In this document: positions 28,190 to 38,089 of the stretch, one piece after another | Position numbering within the stretch: the first letter of the stretch is position 1 | Layout: every line of letters starts with the position of its first letter | Assembly: GCA_018649885.1 (NCBI GenBank) | Contig: JABIHA010000069.1 | Coordinates: 1 to 64,000 of the forward strand | Length of the DNA stretch: 64,000 nt | Direction: 5' to 3' | Source: Bacteriovoracaceae bacterium | GTDB taxonomy: Bacteria; Bdellovibrionota; Bacteriovoracia; Bacteriovoracales; Bacteriovoracaceae | Notes under the pieces: model-generated | What the model saw: the letters and a program-made list of their open reading frames with translations, nothing else | Databases searched by the model: none | What the model was told of the DNA's origin: nothing | Position numbers and translations under genes: made by a program

Positions 28190-29128
28190 ATGGGAATACG
28201 TGTCATTTTTATCTTATTGATATCATTAATTTTATTTAGCAAAAATGCTTTTGCTGAGAGGCTGTGTGATATTTTTACTTGGATGAAATGTCCTGAAAAT
28301 GTCTCTCGATCTTATTCTAGGTCTAGCTCTGCATCCTCTCCATCAAGTGGCGGCTCTTCTGCTCTCAATCCTGCCTCGTTAAGTATGTTAAAAGGTTTTG
28401 GGTTCGAGACTTTTATTTATGACCATCTCGAAATAGGGATTGCCACTGGCAATGGAAAAGTAGGTGCATCTGTTTCTCCTCAAAATTCGGAGGAAACCTT
28501 TTTTGGAAATGTTGCCATTGAAAATATTGGAGATTACAAGGCCCGTATGGTGAATCGAAAGAGTTACCGGTCTCCTAAATTCAATTTGGCCATGGGAATA
28601 AAGCTAGCTGGTAAAAGAGGCTCGAAAAAGAAAACTCCCTTTTCACTTAATTTGGGAGTACTGGGAAAGTATAACCAAACCACAGACAGAATTAAGGGAG
28701 GACTTGGAATTACGGCCCAAGGAGGAATTTTTAGTATTGGAATCTCTAGCTTTTATGACGATTACATTGATGAATATGAAAATAAGAAGAAAAACTATAG
28801 AGTTGCCAGTTACACTGCTGGAGTAAAGTGGGGCGGATTTATATTTGATTATAATTATACCGAATCCTTTTCAAAACGAAGAAGCCGAATCCACCTTATT
28901 TCGGGTGCTATGTTTATTCATAAATTTATTTTTTCTGGAGGAAGAAGGTTTGAATCTTCTTATCGCCCAAAATATCGTTATAAAGAGCGCCGCTTTATGG
29001 ATGAAAAAGATAGGAAAGATTCATTTTATGGTGTTCAGTATTCCTTCAATGGCCACTTTCTAATTGGTGCGTATTTCAATTATTATCTAGTGAGAGATCT
29101 TACCTTGGGTTTAACATTTTTACTTTAA
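28190..29128 (+). CDS. Putative outer-membrane beta-barrel protein
   Basis: Signal peptide, NPASL motif, alternating aromatic beta strands. Confidence 0.65.
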   Translation: MGIRVIFILLISLILFSKNAFAERLCDIFTWMKCPENVSRSYSRSSSASSPSSGGSSALNPASLSMLKGFGFETFIYDHLEIGIATGNGKVGASVSPQNSEETFFGNVAIENIGDYKARMVNRKSYRSPKFNLAMGIKLAGKRGSKKKTPFSLNLGVLGKYNQTTDRIKGGLGITAQGGIFSIGISSFYDDYIDEYENKKKNYRVASYTAGVKWGGFIFDYNYTESFSKRRSRIHLISGAMFIHKFIFSGGRRFESSYRPKYRYKERRFMDEKDRKDSFYGVQYSFNGHFLIGAYFNYYLVRDLTLGLTFLL

Positions 29129-30135
29129 AAATAGGCCTGGTAAAGTAAGTGAGTGGCATGATCTCTAAAGCCCCCATTGCCTGTCCATCTCTTGCGATCT
29201 TTTCCCGAAATAGTGTGGGATAGCTGCATTTTGTGTTTGCTCTCAAACCAAATATTTAACCCCAAATTTGTATTTGAAAGAGTCGTTTTGGCAGGGCCAT
29301 TTTTGTGAATGCCCTGTCCATGACGAATCGCTATCTCGATTCTCTCAACAGGCCGATATGAAATTTGAGAGGAAAGTGAAGCCTCGGACTTTGCTTTAAG
29401 ACCAAAAAGGTTCTTACCCAAAAGATACTCTGTCTTTAATCTAAAAAACCAAAAATCTAAATCAAATCCTAGGTTGTAATTTTCAAGGCCAGGACCATGT
29501 GACGGATCGGCTCCAGCGTGCTCAGAAAAACCGTAAGCCCCATAAAGATCGAGCTCACCATAGTGATATATGAAAGTCGAGGAGTAACAATAATTTTTCC
29601 CTTTTTGGCCTGTACTTACAACCACTGATTTACCGCAGGCCTCAGAGAGGTGAAAGTAGTATTCAAAATCTTTTATGGGCGCACCTGATATTTCAAGGCC
29701 GGTTGAATTTCCCAGTGAGATTGAAGACGCCGGAGCTTTTGGATAAAATACTCTCTCAAAATAGGGAGTGTAGTGTTCCCTTGAGATCAAATGAGGGAAG
29801 AGACCGAGCTTAATTTGAAAGTGGTCGTTGAAGCGATGTCCCATATAGGCCTGGTCGACTTCAGCTTTTCCTGTGCTGGAATTTGATAAAATATCTCCAA
29901 AATTGATAGTTGCTAGTGAAAAGGTATCAACCTGGCCTAGCTCAAAGCCTAGCATTACTTTAGGGATACTAAACTTGGGGCCCCTTCCTCTCGTGGGGTC
30001 ATTGTAAGCAGAACCTCCACCAGAATCGATTAGGCTTTGTACAAGACCCGTGGGCCTGGCCTTCCAATTCTCGGCAATGACAGTAGAACCAGCTATTGAA
30101 TGTAGAAGTAATAAAATGAAGGAGGTGATGATCAC
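29125..30135 (-). CDS. Porin-like outer-membrane beta-barrel protein
   Basis: Signal peptide, DQAYMG..F...QIKLGLF, C-terminal YQAYF. Confidence 0.7.
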   Translation of the reverse strand: MIITSFILLLLHSIAGSTVIAENWKARPTGLVQSLIDSGGGSAYNDPTRGRGPKFSIPKVMLGFELGQVDTFSLATINFGDILSNSSTGKAEVDQAYMGHRFNDHFQIKLGLFPHLISREHYTPYFERVFYPKAPASSISLGNSTGLEISGAPIKDFEYYFHLSEACGKSVVVSTGQKGKNYCYSSTFIYHYGELDLYGAYGFSEHAGADPSHGPGLENYNLGFDLDFWFFRLKTEYLLGKNLFGLKAKSEASLSSQISYRPVERIEIAIRHGQGIHKNGPAKTTLSNTNLGLNIWFESKHKMQLSHTISGKDRKRWTGNGGFRDHATHLLYQAYF

Positions 30136-31169
30136 TTTAATCCCATTTTAGAGTTAAGCTGACCGCAAGCTGCCATTATATCTCTTCCTTTAGTCTCTCT
30201 CAGTGTGGTGACAAGACCCCTATCTGATAGTGAGTTTTGAAAGTCTCTCATTTTTTCCATTGAAGGGCATTTGTACTGAGAGCCAGTATGCGGATTAAAT
30301 GGAATTAAATTAATTTTTCCAATTGAGGGTTTGATGATCTGGGCAAGCCTTTCGATATCTTGCTGAGAATCATTAATCCCCGCAAGCATTACATATTCAA
30401 AAAGGATTTTTCCATTTCTAATTTTTACATATCTCTCACAAGCTTCTAGAAGTTCTTCAATTGGGTATTGAATGTTAATAGGAGCAATGATGTCTCTTAC
30501 TTCGTTAAATCCTGAATGGAGTGAAACGGCGAGGTTCACTTTTGAGCTTAGCGCAAGTTTGTCAATCATGGGGACGATTCCCACTGTGGATACAGAAATT
30601 GAGTTTTTACCAAGTCCTATGCCAAAATCAGAGCTGAGGATATCAATGGCCGCGCTCAGGTTTTTAAAATTATGAAGAGGTTCCCCTTGTCCCATAAAAA
30701 CAATATTTGTAATTTTCTGGCCTTCTCTCAAAAGGGTGCGGGCATTTATGTACTGAGATAAAATTTCGGCCACAGTTAAATTTTTGGAAAGTCCTTGCTT
30801 GGCAGTATGACAGAAACTGCACTCCATGGCGCACCCTACTTGAGAAGACAGGCACAGTGTCCATCTTTGTTTGCTGGGAATCAAAACAGATTCCACGCTT
30901 GAGTGAGGGCCCACAGCTGTTAAGAATTTGTGGCTTCCATCAACAGATTTGTGCTGCTTAATAATAGGGCAGGGAGTGAAGCTAAAATTTTGCTGAAAAT
31001 GCTTATAAGTAGTTTTAGAAATATCTTTTTCTGCGTCCACAAGGTTGCCATTTTCTCTATATATGGTTTTGAACAAGGATTTGGCGCCGGCAGGCCTTCC
31101 ACCCATGAGGGCAATATTTTGCTCGAGATCACTGAGAGTGAGGTTAAAAAATGACGTTTTATGACTCAT
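30132..31169 (-). CDS. rlmN: Dual-specificity RNA methyltransferase RlmN (radical SAM)
   Basis: CLSSQVGCAMECSFC, MGQGEP, SLH, NLIPFN, AACGQL. Confidence 0.93.
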   Translation of the reverse strand: MSHKTSFFNLTLSDLEQNIALMGGRPAGAKSLFKTIYRENGNLVDAEKDISKTTYKHFQQNFSFTPCPIIKQHKSVDGSHKFLTAVGPHSSVESVLIPSKQRWTLCLSSQVGCAMECSFCHTAKQGLSKNLTVAEILSQYINARTLLREGQKITNIVFMGQGEPLHNFKNLSAAIDILSSDFGIGLGKNSISVSTVGIVPMIDKLALSSKVNLAVSLHSGFNEVRDIIAPINIQYPIEELLEACERYVKIRNGKILFEYVMLAGINDSQQDIERLAQIIKPSIGKINLIPFNPHTGSQYKCPSMEKMRDFQNSLSDRGLVTTLRETKGRDIMAACGQLNSKMGLK

Positions 31170-31252
31170 AGTGTTCTTTACCATAAGCACCAGATATTGG
31201 AAGTTGAAAATTAGCTGTTTTAGTAAACGTGTGCCCAAGGTATAATCCCAAA

Positions 31253-32359
31253 ATGGGGATTTTGCGTAAATTGATTTTTTACAACTGGCTAAAGGTATTT
31301 TTTTACGCGGCACTAAGCTTTTTACTTCTTTTGACCATTGCTACACTGGTCTCAGGTTTTACGCGAGATAGCGTAACTTCATCTCAGGTTTTAATAAACT
31401 ATCTATTTGAGCTGCCAAAATGGTTTAAAAACCTCCTTCCTTTCGCCTGTTTGATGGCGACATTATTTAGTCTTAATTTTCTAAAGGCCAGAAATGAGCT
31501 GATTGCTATATTTTCACTTGGAATGTCTCACCGCGCTTTTATTCAGGTTGTAGTACAGGCAGCGACTATTGTCATGGCCGTTCAGCTGCTGGTAAGTGCC
31601 TATATTTTACCTAGTGTGACAAAAAAGAGATATGAATGGCTGATAGAAACGGGGGCCAATTTTAAATCAAATCTTCCCGCCAGTTTTAATTTAAGTAAAA
31701 AAACGGGGAAGAAAATTTGGTACAAAATGGAAAATGGATTTTTTAATTTTGTGGCCCTCGACCAAGTGGCAAATGAACTCAAAGAGGTGGAAATCTTCTT
31801 TATCAGTAAAAATCATCTAGTGGAAAGATTCGTCAAAGCAAAATCGGCCATTTTTAAAAAAGATAATCTTTGGGAATTTCACGATGTTCTTTTCTTATAC
31901 AACTTAGAAGGAGAAGAATTTCCTATTATTGAAATGAAAAATATTTCAAGCTATGCACTTTTAGAAAACCCTGAAAATATTAGAAAAGTTTTTTCCGAGG
32001 TGGAAACACTGCCTATCGAAGGCCTTTATTCTTATATCAAAAATATTAAGAGAACAGGTATTAATACATCTGAGTTTGAAGTCTTACTATTAGAAAAAAT
32101 CAATTCGGCCCTCATTTGTATTGTCTTTGCACTGATACCTATATTTTCCATTTACTCACCAAGTAGAAGGCACAGCTCTTTTGGCAAAATAGTCTTTTTT
32201 ACACTTGTGTTTGGAGTGGTGTATTGGCTTATAAGCTCAAGCATGTTGGCCTTGGGGAAAAATGGAAGCCTGCCTCCGGTAATAGCAGTTTTTTCCGTCC
32301 CTTTTATTTTCATCTTACTTATTTCTTCAATTATCTATAAAAACAGAAAACTGGGCTAA
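31253..32359 (+). CDS. lptG: LptF/LptG family LPS export permease
   Basis: Three TM helices with RNELIAIFSLGMS, periplasmic jellyroll region, three more TM helices. Confidence 0.8.
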   Translation: MGILRKLIFYNWLKVFFYAALSFLLLLTIATLVSGFTRDSVTSSQVLINYLFELPKWFKNLLPFACLMATLFSLNFLKARNELIAIFSLGMSHRAFIQVVVQAATIVMAVQLLVSAYILPSVTKKRYEWLIETGANFKSNLPASFNLSKKTGKKIWYKMENGFFNFVALDQVANELKEVEIFFISKNHLVERFVKAKSAIFKKDNLWEFHDVLFLYNLEGEEFPIIEMKNISSYALLENPENIRKVFSEVETLPIEGLYSYIKNIKRTGINTSEFEVLLLEKINSALICIVFALIPIFSIYSPSRRHSSFGKIVFFTLVFGVVYWLISSSMLALGKNGSLPPVIAVFSVPFIFILLISSIIYKNRKLG

Positions 32360-32367
32360 GGCCAATT

Positions 32368-33360
32368 TTAAGTTTCATCAAAATTTGTTTTCACAACTTT
32401 TTGGTAAATAGTTCCAAATAGGTTTTCTCCCGTTTCTGAGAGCATTTCGATTTTTATGGTAGAGCCGTTTTGCATAAAAGGTGTTGAGGCCTTGCCATCA
32501 TTAATCATCTCTATATATCTTCTCTCGGCCAGACACGAACTCCCCACATTGGGGTCTTCATTGGAAACTGTACCACTTCCAATAATAGTTCCTGCCTTGA
32601 GGTTTCTAGTCCTGGCAGCATGTTCGATTAGTTTTCCAAAAGAAAAATGCATCTGTCCTGCATTGGGGTGGCCAAACCATTCACCGTTGTATTCAGAGTT
32701 TAGTGGCAGGTGAATTCTTCCATCTTTCCACGAGCTTCCGAGCTCATCAGGTGTGATACAAAAGGGAGCAAAGGCCGAAGATGGTTTACCTTGAAGGAAG
32801 CCAAAGCCTCTGACTATTTCATCTTTTATAATTCCTCTCAAAGAGACATCATTGATAATGGTGATTAGTTTTATATATTGATGGGCGTCTTTTTCTTTTA
32901 CTCCCATGGGAACGTCTCCCACGATAACTCCTACTTCGCCTTCAAAATCTACTCCGTGAGAGGGGTCTACCATGGGGATATTATCTCTTGGAGCAAGAAA
33001 GTCATCTGATCCACCTTGATACATCAAAGGGATCTCTCTAAGTGTGGCAGGAGGCTCGGCATTTCGGGCCTTTCTCACTAGGATTACATGTTGGATAAAA
33101 GCTGAGCCATCAAGCCATCCATAACAACGTGGAAGAGGGGAGTGAAATTCATCTTGATCTACTGCCATCGCCACCGAAAGTTTCCCTTCATTGAGATCAT
33201 TGTAAATTTTTTCTAAGGCCGTGTGATGCTGTTGCCAGTTTTCGAGCAGCTGCCCCATATTGGCAGCGATTTGAGGTACTGCCACACATTTTTGATTATC
33301 TCTACTTACAACCACAAGTTGGCCATCAGCTTCATTGCTTTTTAATGTTCCAAGTTTCAT
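32368..33360 (-). CDS. Fumarylacetoacetate hydrolase family protein
   Basis: MYQGGSD, DFEGE, NDVSLR, GSGTVSN; divergent from maiA. Confidence 0.92.
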   Translation of the reverse strand: MKLGTLKSNEADGQLVVVSRDNQKCVAVPQIAANMGQLLENWQQHHTALEKIYNDLNEGKLSVAMAVDQDEFHSPLPRCYGWLDGSAFIQHVILVRKARNAEPPATLREIPLMYQGGSDDFLAPRDNIPMVDPSHGVDFEGEVGVIVGDVPMGVKEKDAHQYIKLITIINDVSLRGIIKDEIVRGFGFLQGKPSSAFAPFCITPDELGSSWKDGRIHLPLNSEYNGEWFGHPNAGQMHFSFGKLIEHAARTRNLKAGTIIGSGTVSNEDPNVGSSCLAERRYIEMINDGKASTPFMQNGSTIKIEMLSETGENLFGTIYQKVVKTNFDET

Positions 33361-33450
33361 TTTTACCACCTTTACTTCTGCGCAGCCAAAATATAAGTGG
33401 CCACACCAATGCTGCTTTTCTAAAATGCTCACTATAGCAAGGGGATATAA

Positions 33451-34098
33451 ATGAGGCCAATACTCTACGGATACTTTAGAAGTTCATGCTCCTACCGGGT
33501 TAGGATGGCCCTCCATTATAAAAAAATTGATTTTGAATATCGCGCCGTTAATTTAAAAGATGGTAGTGAGCAGCTTAAGGACGGTTTTATTTCCCTTAAT
33601 CCGCGGGGAGAAGTTCCCTATTTTAGTCATGGGGGAATTGGCCTTTCACAGTCCATGGCCATCATTCAGTATATTGATCGTCTCTGGTCAAAGTCTCCAC
33701 TTTTTCCCAAAAATGATGTGGACTACTGTAAGTGCATGGAGCTGTGTGAAATGATTAATACTGGGATTCAGCCCATTCAAAATCTTGCTGTGATTAAATA
33801 TGTTATCAGTACATTTAATAGGACACCAGAAGAGAGGGGTCACTGGTCCAAGCATTGGATTGAAAAAGGATTCCAGGCATTAGAAGCTAAGCTTTCAGTC
33901 TGTGCTGGAACTTACGCGGTAGGTGATGAAATATCTGCTTGTGATTTGTTTTTAGTTCCTCAGGTCTATAATGCTCTTCGATTTAAAATGGATATGACCC
34001 AGTTTCCAGTCATTAATCGAGTCTACACAAACTGTATGAAGCTCGATTGGGTAGAGGCCTCCGCTCCTGAAAATCAACCGGACTGTACAGGTGTGTAA
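33451..34098 (+). CDS. maiA: Maleylacetoacetate isomerase (GST zeta)
   Basis: YFRSSCSYRVR, SQSMAI, IQPIQN, LVPQVYNA, PENQPD. Confidence 0.93.
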   Translation: MRPILYGYFRSSCSYRVRMALHYKKIDFEYRAVNLKDGSEQLKDGFISLNPRGEVPYFSHGGIGLSQSMAIIQYIDRLWSKSPLFPKNDVDYCKCMELCEMINTGIQPIQNLAVIKYVISTFNRTPEERGHWSKHWIEKGFQALEAKLSVCAGTYAVGDEISACDLFLVPQVYNALRFKMDMTQFPVINRVYTNCMKLDWVEASAPENQPDCTGV

Positions 34099-34099
34099 A

Positions 34100-34375
34100 T
34101 TAACTGTGGAAATGGACAACGGCCGTCTCTGATTTGACGATGGCCTGACATGTGAGTACTTCTCCCGCCTCAAAGTCGGGCTCGGGCAAAACGCCTAGGT
34201 CATCTTGATCAAGCTCACCACTAATCACTTTTGCTTGGCACTTTCTACACTTACCAGCTTTACAGGCAAAGGGCGGTTTAAGACCACTTTCAAGAGCAGC
34301 CTCTAGTACAGTTACCCCTTCTTTCACTTCTATAGATTCAACATTACCGCCAAACTTAATCGTCACATAGGCCAT
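34100..34375 (-). CDS. Plant-type 2Fe-2S ferredoxin
   Basis: CKAGKCRKC...LTCQ. Confidence 0.9.
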   Translation of the reverse strand: MAYVTIKFGGNVESIEVKEGVTVLEAALESGLKPPFACKAGKCRKCQAKVISGELDQDDLGVLPEPDFEAGEVLTCQAIVKSETAVVHFHS

Positions 34376-34971
34376 TTCATTTCTCCTTTCGCTAGTATCA
34401 TGGGTCCACTAGTAGTGATTTGAAAAGCCCCAAAGGAGACATTACTTACACCATGGCTGGACATAGGCATCAATTCCACTTCCTCTGAAAGAGGGTATTT
34501 AACATTACCTGTGAGAGAAATTTTTTGTTTTTCAAGACAAAAAACTCCAAATTGCTCAGCAAAGCAAAAATTGAAACTACCCGCTGAAAATATGTGAATT
34601 TTGTCTTCAAAATTCATAAGCGTATTGTCTTTGTGTTTTAAAAAACTCAAGGCTTCAAAGAAATTTCCCAGTTGGTGATCCCATCTCCCTCCCATAAAAC
34701 CTACAAGTTTAATTTCCTCAATTTGGGTAGGGACAAGTGAGAGTGCATGGGCCAAGTCGGAGTAGTTTTTTTCACATGGGATAGAAATATCGGTGGGACC
34801 CTTTAGTGAATCTCCATCACCTACGCTGGCCCCAGTATGCTTCCCCCTTTTATCTGCACCACCATCAACAAATAAAAAGGGGCCATCCCCAGTGAGGGGC
34901 TCACAGGGCATAGGCCCTACCATGGTTAACTTTGTAGACTTATTTAGGTATGATAATATTTGGGGATCCAT
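34363..34971 (-). CDS. thiN: Thiamine pyrophosphokinase
   Basis: VDGGA, GDGDS, KNYSD, GGRWDH, VKYPL, GVSN. Confidence 0.8.
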   Translation of the reverse strand: MDPQILSYLNKSTKLTMVGPMPCEPLTGDGPFLFVDGGADKRGKHTGASVGDGDSLKGPTDISIPCEKNYSDLAHALSLVPTQIEEIKLVGFMGGRWDHQLGNFFEALSFLKHKDNTLMNFEDKIHIFSAGSFNFCFAEQFGVFCLEKQKISLTGNVKYPLSEEVELMPMSSHGVSNVSFGAFQITTSGPMILAKGEMKWPM

Positions 34972-35013
34972 AAACCTATCCTTGTTGAAATCCAAATTGG
35001 GGCTTGAGTATAT

Positions 35014-36129
35014 ATGAAGTTAACCACAGCAGAATTTAATAGGGAAGTTAAGAGTATATACTCTCAACTCTTAGCTTGTGATTTTCCCTCAAAAATGGAT
35101 AAGTGGATTGATAAAAGTGATCAACTATATTTTTTGGCCCTTGGTAAATCTTCGGCCCACCACAGCTTAAAATTTTATCAGCAATTTGAAGGCCAAATTA
35201 AAAAGGGCCTGGCCATCTCACTATCCTCGTTTGAGGCACCTGATAATTTAAATGTTTTTATCTCCTCTCATCCTCAGCTCACAAGTCTTTCTCTAGAGGC
35301 CGGGGAAATAGTGGTCAATTTTTTACAAAAGATTCCACCTAACGCAAAGTTGGTAGTTTTTATATCTGGTGGGACCTCTGCGATGGTTGAAAAACTAAAA
35401 AACGGCTTCGACCAATCTCAGGCCCAAAAGTTAAATGCTAGGCTTTTGAACAGTGGCCTTCCCATAGAAGAGATTAATAAAAAAAGAGTAGAGTATTCAG
35501 ATCTTAAGGCGGGAGGGGCCTTAAAGTATTGCCAAACTGGCCAGCTCACGGTTTTTGTTTCAAGTGATATTCCCTCAGAGCAATATGAAATTGTGGGTTC
35601 ATCCCCATTTTTCAAACAAGGACAGTCCTTTCCCTCAAGGGAATTAATCTTTGATGCGGGGAGGGCCTTAGATTTACTTCGCCTTGATGCCACGTCTCTT
35701 GGAGTGCTCAGTGGCCCATTAGATCAGTACATCAGTCAATTTTTAACTCCACTTAGAAATGGTCTCTCAGTCGTGGCAATGGGTGAGCTGGGAAATAAAA
35801 TTGAAGGCACTGGGGTGGGGGGAAGATGTTCTCACTTTGTGCTGGTGATGGCCTATCATTTATTTGAAAAAAATTGCCTTCAGCTTGAGTTGACTAGCTT
35901 ACAGAAAATTGTCATATCCTCAATTGCTACAGATGGAATGGATGGAGGAGAAAAGGTCAACGCTATTTTGTGGGATTGGTTTGATCATCAAAGTCTTGAA
36001 ATCGGAGAGTGCGCCCAGGCCATTATGGAGTTTAACTCACATCAATTTTTCCGAGATCACGGACGATTGATTGATGGAGAGTGCTCGGGTGTCAATTTTT
36101 GTGATTTATATAGAATTAACTTTTTATAG
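35014..36129 (+). CDS. Glycerate kinase type-2/MOFRL (DUF4147) family protein
   Basis: LGKS, SHP, ISGGTSA, SD, G.GGRC, TDGMDG, NFCD. Confidence 0.8.
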   Translation: MKLTTAEFNREVKSIYSQLLACDFPSKMDKWIDKSDQLYFLALGKSSAHHSLKFYQQFEGQIKKGLAISLSSFEAPDNLNVFISSHPQLTSLSLEAGEIVVNFLQKIPPNAKLVVFISGGTSAMVEKLKNGFDQSQAQKLNARLLNSGLPIEEINKKRVEYSDLKAGGALKYCQTGQLTVFVSSDIPSEQYEIVGSSPFFKQGQSFPSRELIFDAGRALDLLRLDATSLGVLSGPLDQYISQFLTPLRNGLSVVAMGELGNKIEGTGVGGRCSHFVLVMAYHLFEKNCLQLELTSLQKIVISSIATDGMDGGEKVNAILWDWFDHQSLEIGECAQAIMEFNSHQFFRDHGRLIDGECSGVNFCDLYRINFL

Positions 36130-36316
36130 TAAAAAGTTGGCAAGTTTTAGAAAAAATAAAAAAAGTTTAAGTCTCAGTGGTGAATTTGGCCCCTAGACAA
36201 TGGCAATACTTCCAAACGTTTATGCCAATAATCCAGAAATTTCTATTTTCAAGCTAGTAATTTTAATTTCTTTGATATGATTTTGGTAGTTTCTAGACAA
36301 AACTTTTGGAGGGGTT

Positions 36317-36970
36317 GTGAAAAATCTAAAATTTAGAGTGCCGTTTATCATTGTCTTAGTTTTAACTTTTTGGGCGAGTTCTGCCCTTTCCTTTCTGATT
36401 CCAACACGGGTTCTTGCTGAACAATCTTGTGAAGATTCAGATAACCAAGAAAAGTGCGTAAAAAAATACATGAAAAAAAGTGATAAACGCTACAAAAAAC
36501 AAAAAAGGGCACAAAGAAAAAGAGATAGAAAATCTGGTCGGGCCTATCGAAAAAGACAGAGAGCAAATGCCAAGAGTGATATCTCTGAAATTAATAATTC
36601 TGACATGAGCAGAAAAGATAAAAGACAAGCGAGAAAGGTCCTCAGAAAAGAAACTCGCACTGGCAACAGTAATCATAGAAGCGGTACAAGATATAGCCGC
36701 AGGCATGCTAAAAAAGGTGAGAAAGGCCGAAGTAGAATGGAGTCCAGGTGGAAGAAGAAGTACGAAAGAGGTCAAGCAAGAGATAAAAGAAAAGAGAAAA
36801 GGGCTTCTCAGAAAAGTACCAATGGTGTTGAACGTTCAATGAGTAGTGCTCTTAGATCTGCAAAAAAAGATTACAGAAAAGACAAAAGAGCTGAAAAAAA
36901 GGCCAATAGACCCAAGAGAAAATTTTTGGGAGGATTTTTCAAGAAGAAAGATAAAAGTGCAGCCGAGTAA
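36317..36970 (+). CDS. Secreted or membrane-anchored, extremely Lys/Arg-rich protein
   Basis: GGAGGGG RBS, hydrophobic N-terminus, Cys pair, long basic low-complexity tail. Confidence 0.7.
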   Translation: MKNLKFRVPFIIVLVLTFWASSALSFLIPTRVLAEQSCEDSDNQEKCVKKYMKKSDKRYKKQKRAQRKRDRKSGRAYRKRQRANAKSDISEINNSDMSRKDKRQARKVLRKETRTGNSNHRSGTRYSRRHAKKGEKGRSRMESRWKKKYERGQARDKRKEKRASQKSTNGVERSMSSALRSAKKDYRKDKRAEKKANRPKRKFLGGFFKKKDKSAAE

Positions 36971-36987
36971 TATATCATAAAATACAA

Positions 36988-37014
36988 CTCAGGTGGAGTA
37001 CAACTCTGCCTGAG
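36988..37014. terminator. Hairpin between convergent genes
   Basis: CTCAGGTGGAG-TACAA-CTCTGCCTGAG stem-loop. Confidence 0.65.
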
Positions 37015-37016
37015 CT

Positions 37017-38006
37017 TTATGGAATATAGAGTTTTTGACCGCGGTAAATTCGACTTCCAGACAATTGATTTCTGACCCTTAGCTGAGAGGGAGTTGTCCT
37101 AAAAATTCCGGCAATCTTAATAAGGTTATCACCTCGTTTTACAAGATATGTTTTACCTCTTTTCTTAGGAGATTTTCTTTTAAGATAAATTTTTTGACCC
37201 TTATAAATTTTGGCGCCCTTTAACTTATTGATACTCATTAAGTTTTTGACTGAAACTCCAAATCTTCTGGAAATACGATTTAGGTGATCCCCAGTTCTTG
37301 CCACATAATAATTTTGGAAAGTAGTAGTGTTCGCTTTCAAACGACGTTTTGAAAGAGGGGTTGCACGGGGAAGGGAAAAACCGTATCTACTAGGGTTGCT
37401 ATAGATTCGTCTCGCCGCAATGACTTTTGGCACATAGTACTGGGTTTCTTTTGGCAGCAGACGTCTTCTTGAAAGAAGTGGTATGCTCCTGGTATTTCCT
37501 CTTCTGATGGCCGACAGAAGTCTATTTTCCCCAGCGTTGTAAGCTGATATGGCCAAATCCCAGCTACCAAACATATTGTAAAGGTCTTTGAGATAGTGGG
37601 CGGCTGCCGTGGTTGCTTTATAAATATTTTTTCTTTCATCCCTGTAGCGATTGATTTTAAGACCATAGTCTTTGGCCGTGCCCTTGAGAAACTGCCAAGG
37701 TCCAATTGCAGAGGCCCTGCTTCTGATGCCGAGATTGTATCCACTTTCTATGAGGCCCACGTAGAATAAATCTTTGGGAACTCCCATTTTTTTGAAAATT
37801 TTCTCTACAATTCTTTGATATTTTTTGCCATTTAGCATATGCCTTTTAAATCTAGGTTTATCTCTTTTGGTGAAGTAGTGAATCCAAAAAGAAATTTTCT
37901 TTTCCATTCCTTTTTCACTGAGAAAGCTCGAAGACTTTGCGTGTGCATTTGTAAGAAGGAGTCCAAAAACGATAAGTGTGGTCAAAAATTTCATAGAATC
38001 TCGCAT
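37017..38006 (-). CDS. MltD-like lytic transglycosylase with two LysM domains
   Basis: IESG, GPWQF, YGL..DER, AYNAGE, ETQYYVP; two LysM repeats. Confidence 0.92.
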   Translation of the reverse strand: MRDSMKFLTTLIVFGLLLTNAHAKSSSFLSEKGMEKKISFWIHYFTKRDKPRFKRHMLNGKKYQRIVEKIFKKMGVPKDLFYVGLIESGYNLGIRSRASAIGPWQFLKGTAKDYGLKINRYRDERKNIYKATTAAAHYLKDLYNMFGSWDLAISAYNAGENRLLSAIRRGNTRSIPLLSRRRLLPKETQYYVPKVIAARRIYSNPSRYGFSLPRATPLSKRRLKANTTTFQNYYVARTGDHLNRISRRFGVSVKNLMSINKLKGAKIYKGQKIYLKRKSPKKRGKTYLVKRGDNLIKIAGIFRTTPSQLRVRNQLSGSRIYRGQKLYIP

Positions 38007-38089
38007 ATTAAAGGCTTACCTAGCATTTTAGTACAATTTGACCTTTCTCCAAGCAGATTTTTTTTGCAGGGGTTGTAATTTAAATAAAT

